Origin: Tepidisphaera sp.
Lineage (GTDB): Bacteria > Planctomycetota > Phycisphaerae > Phycisphaerales > UBA1924
NCBI GenBank assembly: GCA_050916045.1
Contig: CP051526.1
Coordinates: 3,776,001-3,840,000, forward strand
Direction of reading: 5' to 3'
DNA length: 64,000 bases
The notes under the pieces were generated by a model. That model made no database searches and was not told the origin of the DNA. It saw nothing but the letters and a program-made list of their open reading frames with translations. Positions 1-9,611 of the stretch are shown here, piece after piece. Both the position numbers and the translations under genes were made by a program. Numbering within the stretch: position 1 is the stretch's first letter; each line of letters starts with the position of its first letter.

Positions 1-2
1 GC

Positions 3-1163
3 GAGGTAGTCGATGTAGATCGAGCCCGTGCGGAAGAGCTCCTGCACGGCCTGGATCACGATGCGGTCGGTGTTGACGAAGTCAAAGTCCTGCGAGGTGC
101 GAGCTTCGGCGCGCGGGATGGCGGCTTCAACGCCGGTCGCGGCCCAGTAGAGCGCGTGGGCCGCGGGGTTTCGCCAGTCGATGGGGCCGTACTTCTGCGT
201 GTACCGGATCATCACGTTGGGATCCATGTGGTACTGCTCGCGGACGACCCGCGAGCGCACGAACGCGAGAAGGCGGGGCCAAGCTTTGGCGTAGGCGGGA
301 TCCTCGATGAGCTGTCGGAAGACGACGTTCTTGGGGCCCATGGGGTTGACGGACTCGGCCGCGTCGCGGAGTCCCCAGGTGACCATGGCCCGGTCGATTT
401 CGTAGTGGGCGAGGGTTTCGTAGTCGAACTCGGCGCGGAGGCCGTTGGCTTTGATCTTGTCGACGAGCTCCCGGATGGCTTCGCCCTCGGGGCCGGCGAA
501 AAGAGCTTCGAAGGTCGCGGGCGCTTCGGCGATGGGCTTCAGCCACTCGACGAAGCGTTCGACGGCACCCTCGCGGGTGCGGACGGCGGAATCGAATCTC
601 GGCGGAGCGCCGAGGACGACCTGCCACTCCTTGGCGTGCATCTTCTTGTAGTAGATGTTCGCGTCGTCGGTGATCCCCTGGATCTTGTGCAGGAAGATCC
701 AGGCGAGTTCCTTGGAGACCAGCAGGTCCGCGGGGTTGTACTTGAGCGCATCGCCACGGAGCAGATCGATGCCCTGGCGGACCCAGTTCCAGCGTTCCTG
801 GCCTGTCTGCGTGGTGACGGAGATGTTGTACGCGAGGTTCCACGCGTGGAAGACCCACGCGCGGGGGAAGCGAGGCTGGAGCGTCGTGATCGCTTTGGCG
901 AGCTCGACGGCTTCGTGGTGACGGCCGGCTTCCTTGAGCTCGTTGGCCCGCATCCAGAGGAAGTTGACGAAGACGCCGCGGAAGGCGCCCATGGCGATGC
1001 CGAGGGCGACCTGGGGCGGCTGGCCTTCGGAAGCGTCGGTGGTGTAGACGAGCTTGTGACGGGCTTGCTGGGCGGAAAGATCGACCGCGAAAACACCCGA
1101 CCCGGCGAGGCATCCCGCCATCACCGTCAGGGCTCCGAGTTGAACTTTCGTGTCATGCCGCAT
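3..1163 (-). CDS. Conserved planctomycete protein (often annotated 'IRE'-like); 3' end runs off the window; not in the ORF track
   Basis: Manual translation from ATG 1163: MRHDTKVQLGALTVMAGCLAGSGVFAVD...MGAFRGVFVNFLWMRANELKEAG...LQPRFPRAWVFHAWNLAYNISV...ERWNWVRQG. N-terminal hydrophobic anchor; follows the ABC permease on the same strand. Confidence 0.7.
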   Translation of the reverse strand, partial: MRHDTKVQLGALTVMAGCLAGSGVFAVDLSAQQARHKLVYTTDASEGQPPQVALGIAMGAFRGVFVNFLWMRANELKEAGRHHEAVELAKAITTLQPRFPRAWVFHAWNLAYNISVTTQTGQERWNWVRQGIDLLRGDALKYNPADLLVSKELAWIFLHKIQGITDDANIYYKKMHAKEWQVVLGAPPRFDSAVRTREGAVERFVEWLKPIAEAPATFEALFAGPEGEAIRELVDKIKANGLRAEFDYETLAHYEIDRAMVTWGLRDAAESVNPMGPKNVVFRQLIEDPAYAKAWPRLLAFVRSRVVREQYHMDPNVMIRYTQKYGPIDWRNPAAHALYWAATGVEAAIPRAEARTSQDFDFVNTDRIVIQAVQELFRTGSIYIDYL

Positions 1164-1208
1164 GGATTGAGCCTTCGAAAGGACCGGCGCCGCCGCCGGA
1201 CCGGAGTC

Positions 1209-3170
1209 TTACTGACCGGAATACATCGCCAGTTCGCGCTTCCTGAAGATCGCGGTCGCGAGCCCGAAGAGCACGACCGTAAAGAGGGCCAGGAACGTCA
1301 GGCCCGTCGCCACCTCGGACCACGACAGAAGCAGGCCGTCGACAAGCCGCTGGGTGGGCTGAAGGTCCCCGTAGGCTTTGAACGCGCCCGAGGTCGCTTC
1401 CGCGACTCGGACGACGATCCACTTCCAAAGCACGATCTGGTTCTGGTTGTCGCGGTCGTCAAAGACCTCGAGAGCCTTGGTGATCGAGGTCGACCACTCG
1501 GCCATCAGGAAGATGCCGAAGGAGACGAGCGTCGCGACGGGGAAGGACAGGAAGGTGCCGGCGAAGATCCCCGCCATCGCGAGAAACGCGAGCTTGACCC
1601 ACAGGGCGACCATCACGCGCACGAAGTTGACCCGGTAGCTTCCGACCGAGTACGAGAGGATCAGACCGCTCTTCGGGAAGGTGACCGTTTCGGGGTTGAC
1701 GCGGCCGGTGCTGCCATCGCCGTAGAGAGCGCCGTTGAAGATGCTCATGACGACCGTGCCGTCGTCCCGGATGACCGTCGGAGGCAGGATGTGCGTCTGG
1801 TACTGGCCGAGGGGCGCATCCTTCACGAAGAACCCGAAGTTCTCGATGCCGAAGGTGATCTTGAACACCTTGTCCGGCGAATTGGAGCCCGAATCCACGC
1901 GGAACCGGAAGATCAGCGGCAAGTTCCGATCGCGGGCCGTCTCAAGACCCTTGAAGGTGAACTCCTTGCCCGTGGGGATGGGCTCGATCTGGCGGTACAC
2001 CGTCTCCATCTGCTTGATGAGGCTGATGGCGACGTCGGCGCGGTTTCTGGGATCCTGCGTGTCGAAAGCGGCGTTGGTCTTCTTCAGTTCCTCGAGGTAG
2101 TTGTCGAGGATCGCCGCGAACTCCTGCGGGTCGCGCTCGGCGAGGTTGAAGTTCTCGTTCTCGACCATGACCCGGGCGGTAAGGATCTGGGACTCAAGCC
2201 ACTGACGATCCTCGGACATGCCGCCGTTGATGGCTTTGAACGGGCCCGACTCGCCGTGGGCCGGCTGGTTGCGGAGAAACTCGACGAAGAGGAAGGTCCC
2301 AAGGCCGGAAACCGTGAGGAGCGCCGCCGCGAGGGTGACGATCCCGATCCACTTGCCGAGGATGTATTGCCAGGCCGCGATCGGCTTGGTCATGGTCTGC
2401 CAGATCACCTTGTCGCGCTGCTCGGTCGCCACGGTCGAAACCGAGAAGAGCACGATGAGGAGCGCGACGATCCAGAACGTGCCGCCGGTGGCGTACTGGA
2501 GGAAGCTCTGCACCCGGTAGCGGAGCGGGGTTTCGGGGTCCAGGAGGCTGGGCAGAGCGGCCAGCGCGAACATCAGGACGCCGATGAACAGGACGGAGAG
2601 CTTCAGCCGCGTCGCTTCCGCGATCACGTTCTTGGCCACCGCGAACATCGCTCCGGGGAGGGAGAGGAGCAGCGAGGCGCCGCGCATGATGACCGTGAAT
2701 GCGACCGTCAGCGAGAGGATGCCGCCAAGCAGGCGGCCCCACTCCTTCGTAACCGGAGAGAGGGACATCGGCCAGACGATCAGGGCCGCGACCAAAGCCA
2801 GGCCGAGGATCGACATGCCGATGCCGAGCCAGACCGCCGCGACGAGCACGCCCGTGGCCGCGAAGATGCCCACGGCCACGCTGGTGAGGTCACCCTGGGC
2901 TCCGGTGAAGGCTTCGAGCGATTTGTTGAATCGCTCGACCTCGCTTTTCATGCGGTCGTAGTCGTCCTGGGTGACGCCTTCTGGCCCGTTGACCTTGAGG
3001 TCGGGGTTGAGGCCGATTGCCAGGGGGTTGACGGCGTCGCCCTGGGGCTGGTTGACCCAGATCGTGACGAACGCTCCGATGCCGAGCAGCACGAGGACGA
3101 TCGTCGCGATGATCATGAACCCGCGCGACTTCTGGAGCCGGTCGATCCTGCCGAACCACTCGCCGATCAT
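1209..3170 (-). CDS. ABC transporter permease (ABC-2/NosY-like) with a large extracytoplasmic loop
   Basis: Many TM segments; motif TEQRDKVIWQTMTKPIAAWQYILGKWIG; C-terminal IFRKREL; start overlaps the ATPase stop codon (ATGA). Confidence 0.8.
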   Translation of the reverse strand: MIGEWFGRIDRLQKSRGFMIIATIVLVLLGIGAFVTIWVNQPQGDAVNPLAIGLNPDLKVNGPEGVTQDDYDRMKSEVERFNKSLEAFTGAQGDLTSVAVGIFAATGVLVAAVWLGIGMSILGLALVAALIVWPMSLSPVTKEWGRLLGGILSLTVAFTVIMRGASLLLSLPGAMFAVAKNVIAEATRLKLSVLFIGVLMFALAALPSLLDPETPLRYRVQSFLQYATGGTFWIVALLIVLFSVSTVATEQRDKVIWQTMTKPIAAWQYILGKWIGIVTLAAALLTVSGLGTFLFVEFLRNQPAHGESGPFKAINGGMSEDRQWLESQILTARVMVENENFNLAERDPQEFAAILDNYLEELKKTNAAFDTQDPRNRADVAISLIKQMETVYRQIEPIPTGKEFTFKGLETARDRNLPLIFRFRVDSGSNSPDKVFKITFGIENFGFFVKDAPLGQYQTHILPPTVIRDDGTVVMSIFNGALYGDGSTGRVNPETVTFPKSGLILSYSVGSYRVNFVRVMVALWVKLAFLAMAGIFAGTFLSFPVATLVSFGIFLMAEWSTSITKALEVFDDRDNQNQIVLWKWIVVRVAEATSGAFKAYGDLQPTQRLVDGLLLSWSEVATGLTFLALFTVVLFGLATAIFRKRELAMYSGQ

Positions 3171-4366
3171 GCTCCGCCGCCCTTCGGACGCTCGCCGTCA
3201 CCGCCGCCCGAGAGGAGCGAATCGATGACCGAGCGGTTGACATCCTTCGGCGGCTCGACGGGGAGCTTGGCCTGGGCCGCGGGCTTGGCTTCCTCGACAG
3301 GCTTGAGGAGCGACTCGAGGACCCCGCGATCGGGGCCCGTCGCGGCGGGCGCGGCCGGAGCGGCGGCGACTGCAGTCTCGGCGAGAGAAGGCTCGCTGGA
3401 AGCACGGACGAGGCGATCAACCAGGCCGGCTTGGCTCTCATCGGCCCGGAGGAACGCCGCGGTCTGTCCGCCGGCGGTGGCGCCGGACGTCTGGACCTGC
3501 TGGGCCCGGGCCCGCTCGACGATGCTGAGGAAGAGTTCTTCGAGCTTCTGACGGGGGCGAGTGACGCTGAGGATGGACTTGTTGCCGTGGGTGCGTCGGC
3601 GGATGACCTCGTCGATCTCGGCGATGGTGGCGTCGTCGAGGGGCTCGGCTTCGATCGTGACGCGTTCCTGGCGCTCGAGCAGGGTCTCGCAGGTGCCCTC
3701 CTCGCGCTTCTGGCCGCCGTAGAGCACGATCATGCGGGAGACGCAATCCTCGACGTCGGCGAGGAGGTGGCTTGAGAGGAGGATGGTCTTTCCGCGGCGG
3801 CCGAGCTCGATGATGAGGTCCTTGACCTGTCGCGTACCGAGCGGGTCAAGGCCGGTGGTCGGCTCGTCGAGGATGAGGAACTCGGGGTCGTTGATCAGGG
3901 CCTGGGCGATGCCGATGCGTCGCTGCATGCCCTTGGAATACTCGCGGACGGGCCGGAACTGAGCTCCGGTGAGTCCCACCATGTCCAGGAGTTCGTCGAT
4001 GCGCTTCTCGCGGGTGCGGCGGTCGAGTTCGAAGAGCTTGGCGTAGTAATCGAGGGTTTCGCGGGCGTTGAGGAACTGGTAGAGGTAGGACTCTTCGGGG
4101 AGGTATCCGATGCGGCGCTTGGTCTCGACGTCGGTCGGCGGGCGACCGAAGACGGCGATGCGGCCGGAGGAGGGCCGGAGCAGCCCCAGGATCATCTTGA
4201 TGGTCGTGCTTTTGCCCGAGCCGTTGGGGCCCAGGAGGCCGAAGATCTCGCCGCGATCGATCTGGAACGAGAGGTTCTCGACGGCCCGGGCGCGGGCCCG
4301 CATCCAGAAATCGCGGAAGGTCCGTGTGAGCTGCTGGCAAACGACCACGGGCTGAGTCTGGTTCAC
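3167..4366 (-). CDS. ABC transporter ATP-binding protein
   Basis: Walker A GPNGSGKS, signature YSKGM, Walker B LILDEP, H-loop SSH. Confidence 0.95.
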   Translation of the reverse strand: MNQTQPVVVCQQLTRTFRDFWMRARARAVENLSFQIDRGEIFGLLGPNGSGKSTTIKMILGLLRPSSGRIAVFGRPPTDVETKRRIGYLPEESYLYQFLNARETLDYYAKLFELDRRTREKRIDELLDMVGLTGAQFRPVREYSKGMQRRIGIAQALINDPEFLILDEPTTGLDPLGTRQVKDLIIELGRRGKTILLSSHLLADVEDCVSRMIVLYGGQKREEGTCETLLERQERVTIEAEPLDDATIAEIDEVIRRRTHGNKSILSVTRPRQKLEELFLSIVERARAQQVQTSGATAGGQTAAFLRADESQAGLVDRLVRASSEPSLAETAVAAAPAAPAATGPDRGVLESLLKPVEEAKPAAQAKLPVEPPKDVNRSVIDSLLSGGGDGERPKGGGA

Positions 4367-4406
4367 GAACGGGCTCCCTTCCGGCCGCGGGGCCGGTTCA
4401 TCACTG

Positions 4407-5828
4407 TCACTGACTCACGGTCGTGGAGTCCTTGGGCCGGTGGCGCTCGGTCATCAACGCGTTCATCCGGTCGACGGCGGCCCTGTCGGCTTCGCGCTTC
4501 TTGATGTCGCGGATGATCTCCTTCATGATCTCCGGATCGCGGTTGAGCGCGAGGTCGATCGACTTGACGCCGTCGGGCACGAGCATGACCTGAACGTCCT
4601 GACGCGAGAGGAAGCCGCGGACGGAGTCGGCCACCTCGTTCGCGAGGGTCAGACGGGGGTTGATCTTGTACTGGGCGAGCTTCTGGGCGTAACGCTCGTA
4701 CTCGGAACGGCGGCGGGTGGTGACCTCGGACCGGTACTGCTTGGCTTCGGAGACGATGGAAGCGACGACGCCGCTCTGGATGCCCGGGACGGCGGCACCA
4801 TCGACCTGGATGGGCTCGCCGGACATCATGGTGTTGATCTGGTTGAGGATCTCTTCGGGCTTGCGGGTGCCGCGGCCCTCAATGGCGACCTCGTACTCGT
4901 CGAGGAGCTTGCGGAGCGGCTCGACGCTGTCGCCGGCGAGGCTGGTCAGAAGCGTCTGGGCGGTGGACTCGGCCAAAGCCATCTGCTTGGTCGCGTCCGA
5001 CACCGAGCCTTGGACGGCGTTGAACCGTTCGCGGACCCAGAGCGGCGGCGTGACGTTCTCGAGCAGGACCTGCTGAAGGCGAATGCCGGACTTCACACGG
5101 TCGAGCTGAGCTTGCGCGATCGCTTTGGCTTTGGCCGCGACGCTGCCGAGATCTCCGCCGGTCTGGCGGAGAAGCTCATCGATATTGACCTTGGCGCACG
5201 CCTGAACGACACCGCGCTTGACGGCGGATTTCACCAGATCGCGCTCCATCTCGGGAAGCACGTTCTGGGCCCACTGAGCGTGGTTGTCGCGCGAGTACAG
5301 GATCTTCCACTGCGTATGCGCGAGGTTGCCGTCGGCCGTGAGGTTCGATCCGCCCTGACCCGGAGTCAGGTTCGGCATCTTGGTAAGCATGTCGATCGGC
5401 TTGGTGAGGTCGGATTCGCTGGCCGCGAAGACCCAGAACTCACGGTCGAGCTTGAGCTCGGCCTGGCCGATGTCGACGCGGATCAGCTCGCCGACGGGGT
5501 AAGGCGGGCTGAGGGACAGGCCGGGCTCGACGTCGGACTTGCTGATGGCGCCGAAGAGCAGGCGGATGCCGCGTTCGTTCTCCTGCACCGACTGTGAACC
5601 GCTGACGACGAAGAGGCCCGCGAGCACAAGCATGCCGGCCTGGATCAGTCGAAGGGTGATCCGCAGAGCGTCCGCGAGCGACTGGTTCGCCGGGTCGAGA
5701 AGCTCGCTGTCGTTACCGGTGCTGTTGCCGCTGCGAAGGGTGACGCCAGTAGGACGGCTTCGGCCCGGCGGGCCTCCGCTGCCCGTGGGCCCGTCGGCCG
5801 CGCGGAGAATGCGGATCAGGTCGTTCAC
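4407..5828 (-). CDS. SPFH domain protein, HflK-like
   Basis: One TM helix, then SVQENERGIRLLFG..PGL..SPPYPVGE, LTADGNLAH and a coiled-coil tail; GTG start overlaps the upstream stop. Confidence 0.75.
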   Translation of the reverse strand: MNDLIRILRAADGPTGSGGPPGRSRPTGVTLRSGNSTGNDSELLDPANQSLADALRITLRLIQAGMLVLAGLFVVSGSQSVQENERGIRLLFGAISKSDVEPGLSLSPPYPVGELIRVDIGQAELKLDREFWVFAASESDLTKPIDMLTKMPNLTPGQGGSNLTADGNLAHTQWKILYSRDNHAQWAQNVLPEMERDLVKSAVKRGVVQACAKVNIDELLRQTGGDLGSVAAKAKAIAQAQLDRVKSGIRLQQVLLENVTPPLWVRERFNAVQGSVSDATKQMALAESTAQTLLTSLAGDSVEPLRKLLDEYEVAIEGRGTRKPEEILNQINTMMSGEPIQVDGAAVPGIQSGVVASIVSEAKQYRSEVTTRRRSEYERYAQKLAQYKINPRLTLANEVADSVRGFLSRQDVQVMLVPDGVKSIDLALNRDPEIMKEIIRDIKKREADRAAVDRMNALMTERHRPKDSTTVSQ

Positions 5829-6877
5829 TTGGCACCCCCGGTCGCGGGCTTCTTGCCGCCGGCTTCATCGATCTCACGCATCATCAGATCGACGTAGTCG
5901 CCCTTGATGGCGCGGAGGATGGGGCTGGTGGTCGGCAGAACGAGGGTGGTTTCCTTGCGGCCCTGCACCTGCTTGAGCATCTCGACCTCGACGAGGAACT
6001 GCGCGAGAGCGGGATTCTCCTGCTGCATGGAGTAGTAGCGTTCGGCTTCCTTGTCGCCCTTGGCGCGGATCTCAGCGGCGAGCTGGCGGGCGAAGCTCTC
6101 GATGCGGCGGGCGTCGGACTCGGCTTTGGTCTTGACGCCCTCGGCTTTGGATTCGGCGTTGGCGGTGATGGCTTTGGCTTTGGCGTTCTGGGTCTCGGCC
6201 ATGCGCTCGAAGACTTTGGTGGTGGTTTCCTGGGGGAGAGCGATCTGGCTGATGCCGACGTCGACGACCTCGATGCCCATGGTGGCGAGGGTGATCTCAC
6301 CGCCGGCGGGCGTGCCCTCGACGGCTTTGGGGGCTTTGGCCGCGAGGTTGGAGAGGACATCGCGTTCGAGCTCGCCCAGACCGTCGACGTTCTGGTCGGC
6401 GTTGAAGAGGCGGCCGAGTTCGAACTTGCTGACTGCGCCCATGGCGTTGCGGAGGTTGGACTTCACGGTGTCGTCGGCGATGCGGTAGTGCTCGCTGGGG
6501 GCGCCGCCGGCGCTGCTGAAGCGCTGGAAGAACGCGAGCGGGTCGCTGACGCGCCAGACGCAGAAGGACTCGACGATGATCTGGCGCCCGTCCTTGGTCT
6601 GCTGGGTTTCCAGGCGGACCTGGCTGACGCGCGGACGCGTGTCGTAGGTCGTGACGGAGTCCATGAGCGGAATCTTGAACCGAAGGCCCGGGTCACGCTT
6701 GACCGAGTCGGCCCCGGCCGAGCCGAACCGGGTCTTGACGCCCGCTTCGGTGAACCGGATCGTGTACGTCATCGTGTACGCGAGGAGGAAGACCGCCACC
6801 ACCAACGCCAGAATGTAGAGTCCGAACTTTCTCACAACCTGCTCCAGTCTTTGTCGCCCGTCGTTCCGGGACGTCAT
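5825..6877 (-). CDS. SPFH domain protein, HflC-like
   Basis: TRFG..PGLRFKIP, QTKDGRQIIVESFCVWRVSDPL, VFERM and AEIRAKGDKEA, as in HflC. Confidence 0.85.
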   Translation of the reverse strand: MTSRNDGRQRLEQVVRKFGLYILALVVAVFLLAYTMTYTIRFTEAGVKTRFGSAGADSVKRDPGLRFKIPLMDSVTTYDTRPRVSQVRLETQQTKDGRQIIVESFCVWRVSDPLAFFQRFSSAGGAPSEHYRIADDTVKSNLRNAMGAVSKFELGRLFNADQNVDGLGELERDVLSNLAAKAPKAVEGTPAGGEITLATMGIEVVDVGISQIALPQETTTKVFERMAETQNAKAKAITANAESKAEGVKTKAESDARRIESFARQLAAEIRAKGDKEAERYYSMQQENPALAQFLVEVEMLKQVQGRKETTLVLPTTSPILRAIKGDYVDLMMREIDEAGGKKPATGGAK

Positions 6878-6934
6878 CTTCGTTCGATCAAGTTTCTCGC
6901 CACTCAGGGATCTCAGACCCGTTCACCCGCCGCT

Positions 6935-9046
6935 TCACGGAGGCGGCTGGGAGACTTCGCTGTCGAGCACGGAGAACCCGCCCTCGGTGGACCGGTCCTG
7001 CAGGTCCATCCGGATCCGCAGGTCGCGCGAGTCATCGGTTACCACAAGCCGTGTCATACGCATCGACTCGACCATCGCTTCGTAGAAGTGGTGGGCCTTG
7101 AAGAGCATCGGATTGGCGACAAACGAGGAAACCTGGCCCTGGTAGCGAAGAGCCCGTTCCCGCATGCCCAGGTGCTTCTCCCAACGCGCCGCTTTGGCCT
7201 CAGAAAGAGTCCTGGCCACGCTGCCCTCGCACTCGGCCAGGAGCGAAGCGATCATGGCTTCGTGGGCCTGCTGAGCTTCGGGGCTTGCCCCTTCGGCGGT
7301 CATGCGGTCCTTGAGCTCGATCGCGTCGACGAGCTTGCGAGCAAGTTCGAGCGACCCCGTGGTCTTGATCAGCTTCTCGACCGCGGCCGCACTGGTGGCC
7401 TGGAAAAGACCCTCGGCTCCCTGCTCGGCCTGCACGGTCTTCTCGAATGAGGGCGCCACGGTCTTGGCCGGGTGAACGCCGAGGACGCTGAGCGAAAGCA
7501 CCTCGACACCGGCACCGCGAGCGGTCCCGTCACCGTTGGGGTTGAGTTTGTCGAAAGCCTCGGCGACCGCCTGCTTGATTTTGGGCGCGATCTGCACGCG
7601 GGCCGGGCCGAGGATGTCGTCGACCGAGTAGCCCTTGAGCGTGCGAATCACCACTCGCTGAGCCACGGCTTTGAGCATGGCTTCACGCTGCAGCGGCTCG
7701 CCCAGCCGCTCGAAAGCCTCCGCGTCGCGCACGGCGTACTGGAGCGGGATCTCGACGGCCATCAAGGCCATGTCGCTCAGCCACGCCGAATCCGGTGTCT
7801 GGTTGCTCGACTTGGCGACCTGGATCGGGCTGGGCCGAACGATGAAGAAGACCTCGCCCGCGCCGTGCTCGTTGGTCCAGAGCACGGGCTCGGTGCGGTC
7901 CTTGGCGTTGGGCGGCTTGGCGAGTTGGATCGTGCGCACGCCGGTGGTCGTCTCGCCCTTCTCGATGACGCGGCCGCGCTCGTCACGCTCGAAGTAGCTC
8001 GGGATCGAAACCCGCTCGACCGGCCACGGCAGCTTGAAGTGAAGGCCCGGATCGATCTCACGCGAGAACTCGCCGAACCGGAGCACCAGACCGCGCTGGT
8101 GCGGCAGAATGACCGTCGCGCACGAGAGAAGCCAGCCGATGAGAAGGCCCACGATCACGAGGTTGGCCACCGACCTGCTCAGGAGCTGGTAGAGCCACGT
8201 CGACGTGACGTTGTACCCGAACTGGTAGTTGATCGCTTCGCTCGCGGACTCGGCGATCCGGTCGGGAGCGGCGGCGAAGCTCATGAGCCGCGAGTCGGCG
8301 GCGATCGTGCGCACTTCGCCGGCTTTCCGCGGACGGTAGAGGTCCAGCAGGAAGTTGATGAAGACCTCAACGCCCATCACGCCGATCACGATCGGCACGA
8401 TCACCTGCATCCAGCGGAGCGGAGCGTCCGGGCCCCAGATGTCGACAAGATGGGAGACCAGCGAAGCGACGCCGATGAGGGCCATGGCGACGGAGATGCC
8501 GGCACCCGCGCGAAGCTTGGCCCACGCGGGCTGCTTGGCCATGCCCGCGATGTACCGGGCGAAGGGGAAGCCAACCGCCGCGGCGACGGACCAGATGGCG
8601 ATCGCCCAGCCGCGACCCTGAACGCCCATGAACGAAGTCTCGTCCACGATGTTGCGGGCCTGGTTGAACCGCCAGAACGCGATCCCGATGAGGGAGGCGC
8701 CGAAAGCCAGGCTCAGGATGGGCAGGATCCACTTCTCAACCAGGTCAAGCCGCTTGGCCGCGACCCGGAAGTCCCCGCCCCCTTCGAAGACGGATCCGCC
8801 CTGATCAGACGCGAGCGCCTCGTGTTCGAGGGCTTCGATCCGCTCGCGGCGGTGCTGGTCGTGGACGATGGCCAGCCCGATCCAGATCAGGACGCCGGCT
8901 CCGACGAACCACGCCGCGGTGACGGCGGTGTGGTCGGAGAACTTGACGCCGTAGACAAGGAGCGAAGCTGCCAGGACGGCGTGGACCACGGCGCCGATGA
9001 AGCACCGAGCCGTCGCCTTCTGATACGTCACATAGTCCGCCTTCAT
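6935..9046 (-). CDS. HflK-like SPFH protein fused to an N-terminal polytopic membrane domain
   Basis: About 7-8 hydrophobic helices in the first ~310 aa, then QRGLVLRFG..PGLHFKLPWPVE and VHP..VAPSFE. Confidence 0.8.
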   Translation of the reverse strand: MKADYVTYQKATARCFIGAVVHAVLAASLLVYGVKFSDHTAVTAAWFVGAGVLIWIGLAIVHDQHRRERIEALEHEALASDQGGSVFEGGGDFRVAAKRLDLVEKWILPILSLAFGASLIGIAFWRFNQARNIVDETSFMGVQGRGWAIAIWSVAAAVGFPFARYIAGMAKQPAWAKLRAGAGISVAMALIGVASLVSHLVDIWGPDAPLRWMQVIVPIVIGVMGVEVFINFLLDLYRPRKAGEVRTIAADSRLMSFAAAPDRIAESASEAINYQFGYNVTSTWLYQLLSRSVANLVIVGLLIGWLLSCATVILPHQRGLVLRFGEFSREIDPGLHFKLPWPVERVSIPSYFERDERGRVIEKGETTTGVRTIQLAKPPNAKDRTEPVLWTNEHGAGEVFFIVRPSPIQVAKSSNQTPDSAWLSDMALMAVEIPLQYAVRDAEAFERLGEPLQREAMLKAVAQRVVIRTLKGYSVDDILGPARVQIAPKIKQAVAEAFDKLNPNGDGTARGAGVEVLSLSVLGVHPAKTVAPSFEKTVQAEQGAEGLFQATSAAAVEKLIKTTGSLELARKLVDAIELKDRMTAEGASPEAQQAHEAMIASLLAECEGSVARTLSEAKAARWEKHLGMRERALRYQGQVSSFVANPMLFKAHHFYEAMVESMRMTRLVVTDDSRDLRIRMDLQDRSTEGGFSVLDSEVSQPPP

Positions 9047-9611
9047 CGCGGCTCCATCTCTAGACGCGGCGTCCCGATCGGGCCGCCGGTCAAACTCGGA
9101 ACATTCACCTGCTCACGAGCACGCTACAGAACGCCGTGCCCGCCCCACCACCGTGATACCCCACCCCTATCCCTCCGGGATCGGCTTCCCGATCCAGGGC
9201 GGGTATTGTGCCGCCCCTCACGCCCGCTGTCCACCCTCCGGGACGAAACCTCGACCATCCGAGCCATCCCAAGCCGACGCCCGACGACGAAAGCACAGGG
9301 TGCCACTCCGTTCGGACCGCCCGGACGGAACCCTTCCCCGTATTCACACTCTCTCCGGACAGCGGCTCGGACAGGCCGACCACGGGCGCCAGAACGGCGG
9401 CCGTCCCGAGGTCGACATACAAACGCTCTCGGTCTTACGTTCCGGGCGAACTTTGGTTCGTCCCCGAGCGAAGAATCTTTCACGGATGCGTCTTTCCCCT
9501 CCCGGCGCGGGGGTGGAGTATGCTTCCTCCCTTCGACGGGCACCCGCATTCGCCGGTGTTCACCCGTCCTCCCTTCCGAACTCCCGGAAGTGGCCGCCAG
9601 ACTGCTTCGCC

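Noticed and set aside
127..1113. 328-aa Arg/Pro-rich minus-strand ORF
   Set aside because: Wrong frame. The frame starting at 1163 gives a sensible conserved protein that runs off the window.
156..3551. Very long ORFs on the opposite strand or in alternative frames (e.g. 156-3551 +, 7472-10474 +, 13938-16907 +, 50090-52696 +, 60129-62627 -)
   Set aside because: They are shadows of well-supported genes. High GC depletes stop codons, and the translations contain no recognisable motifs.
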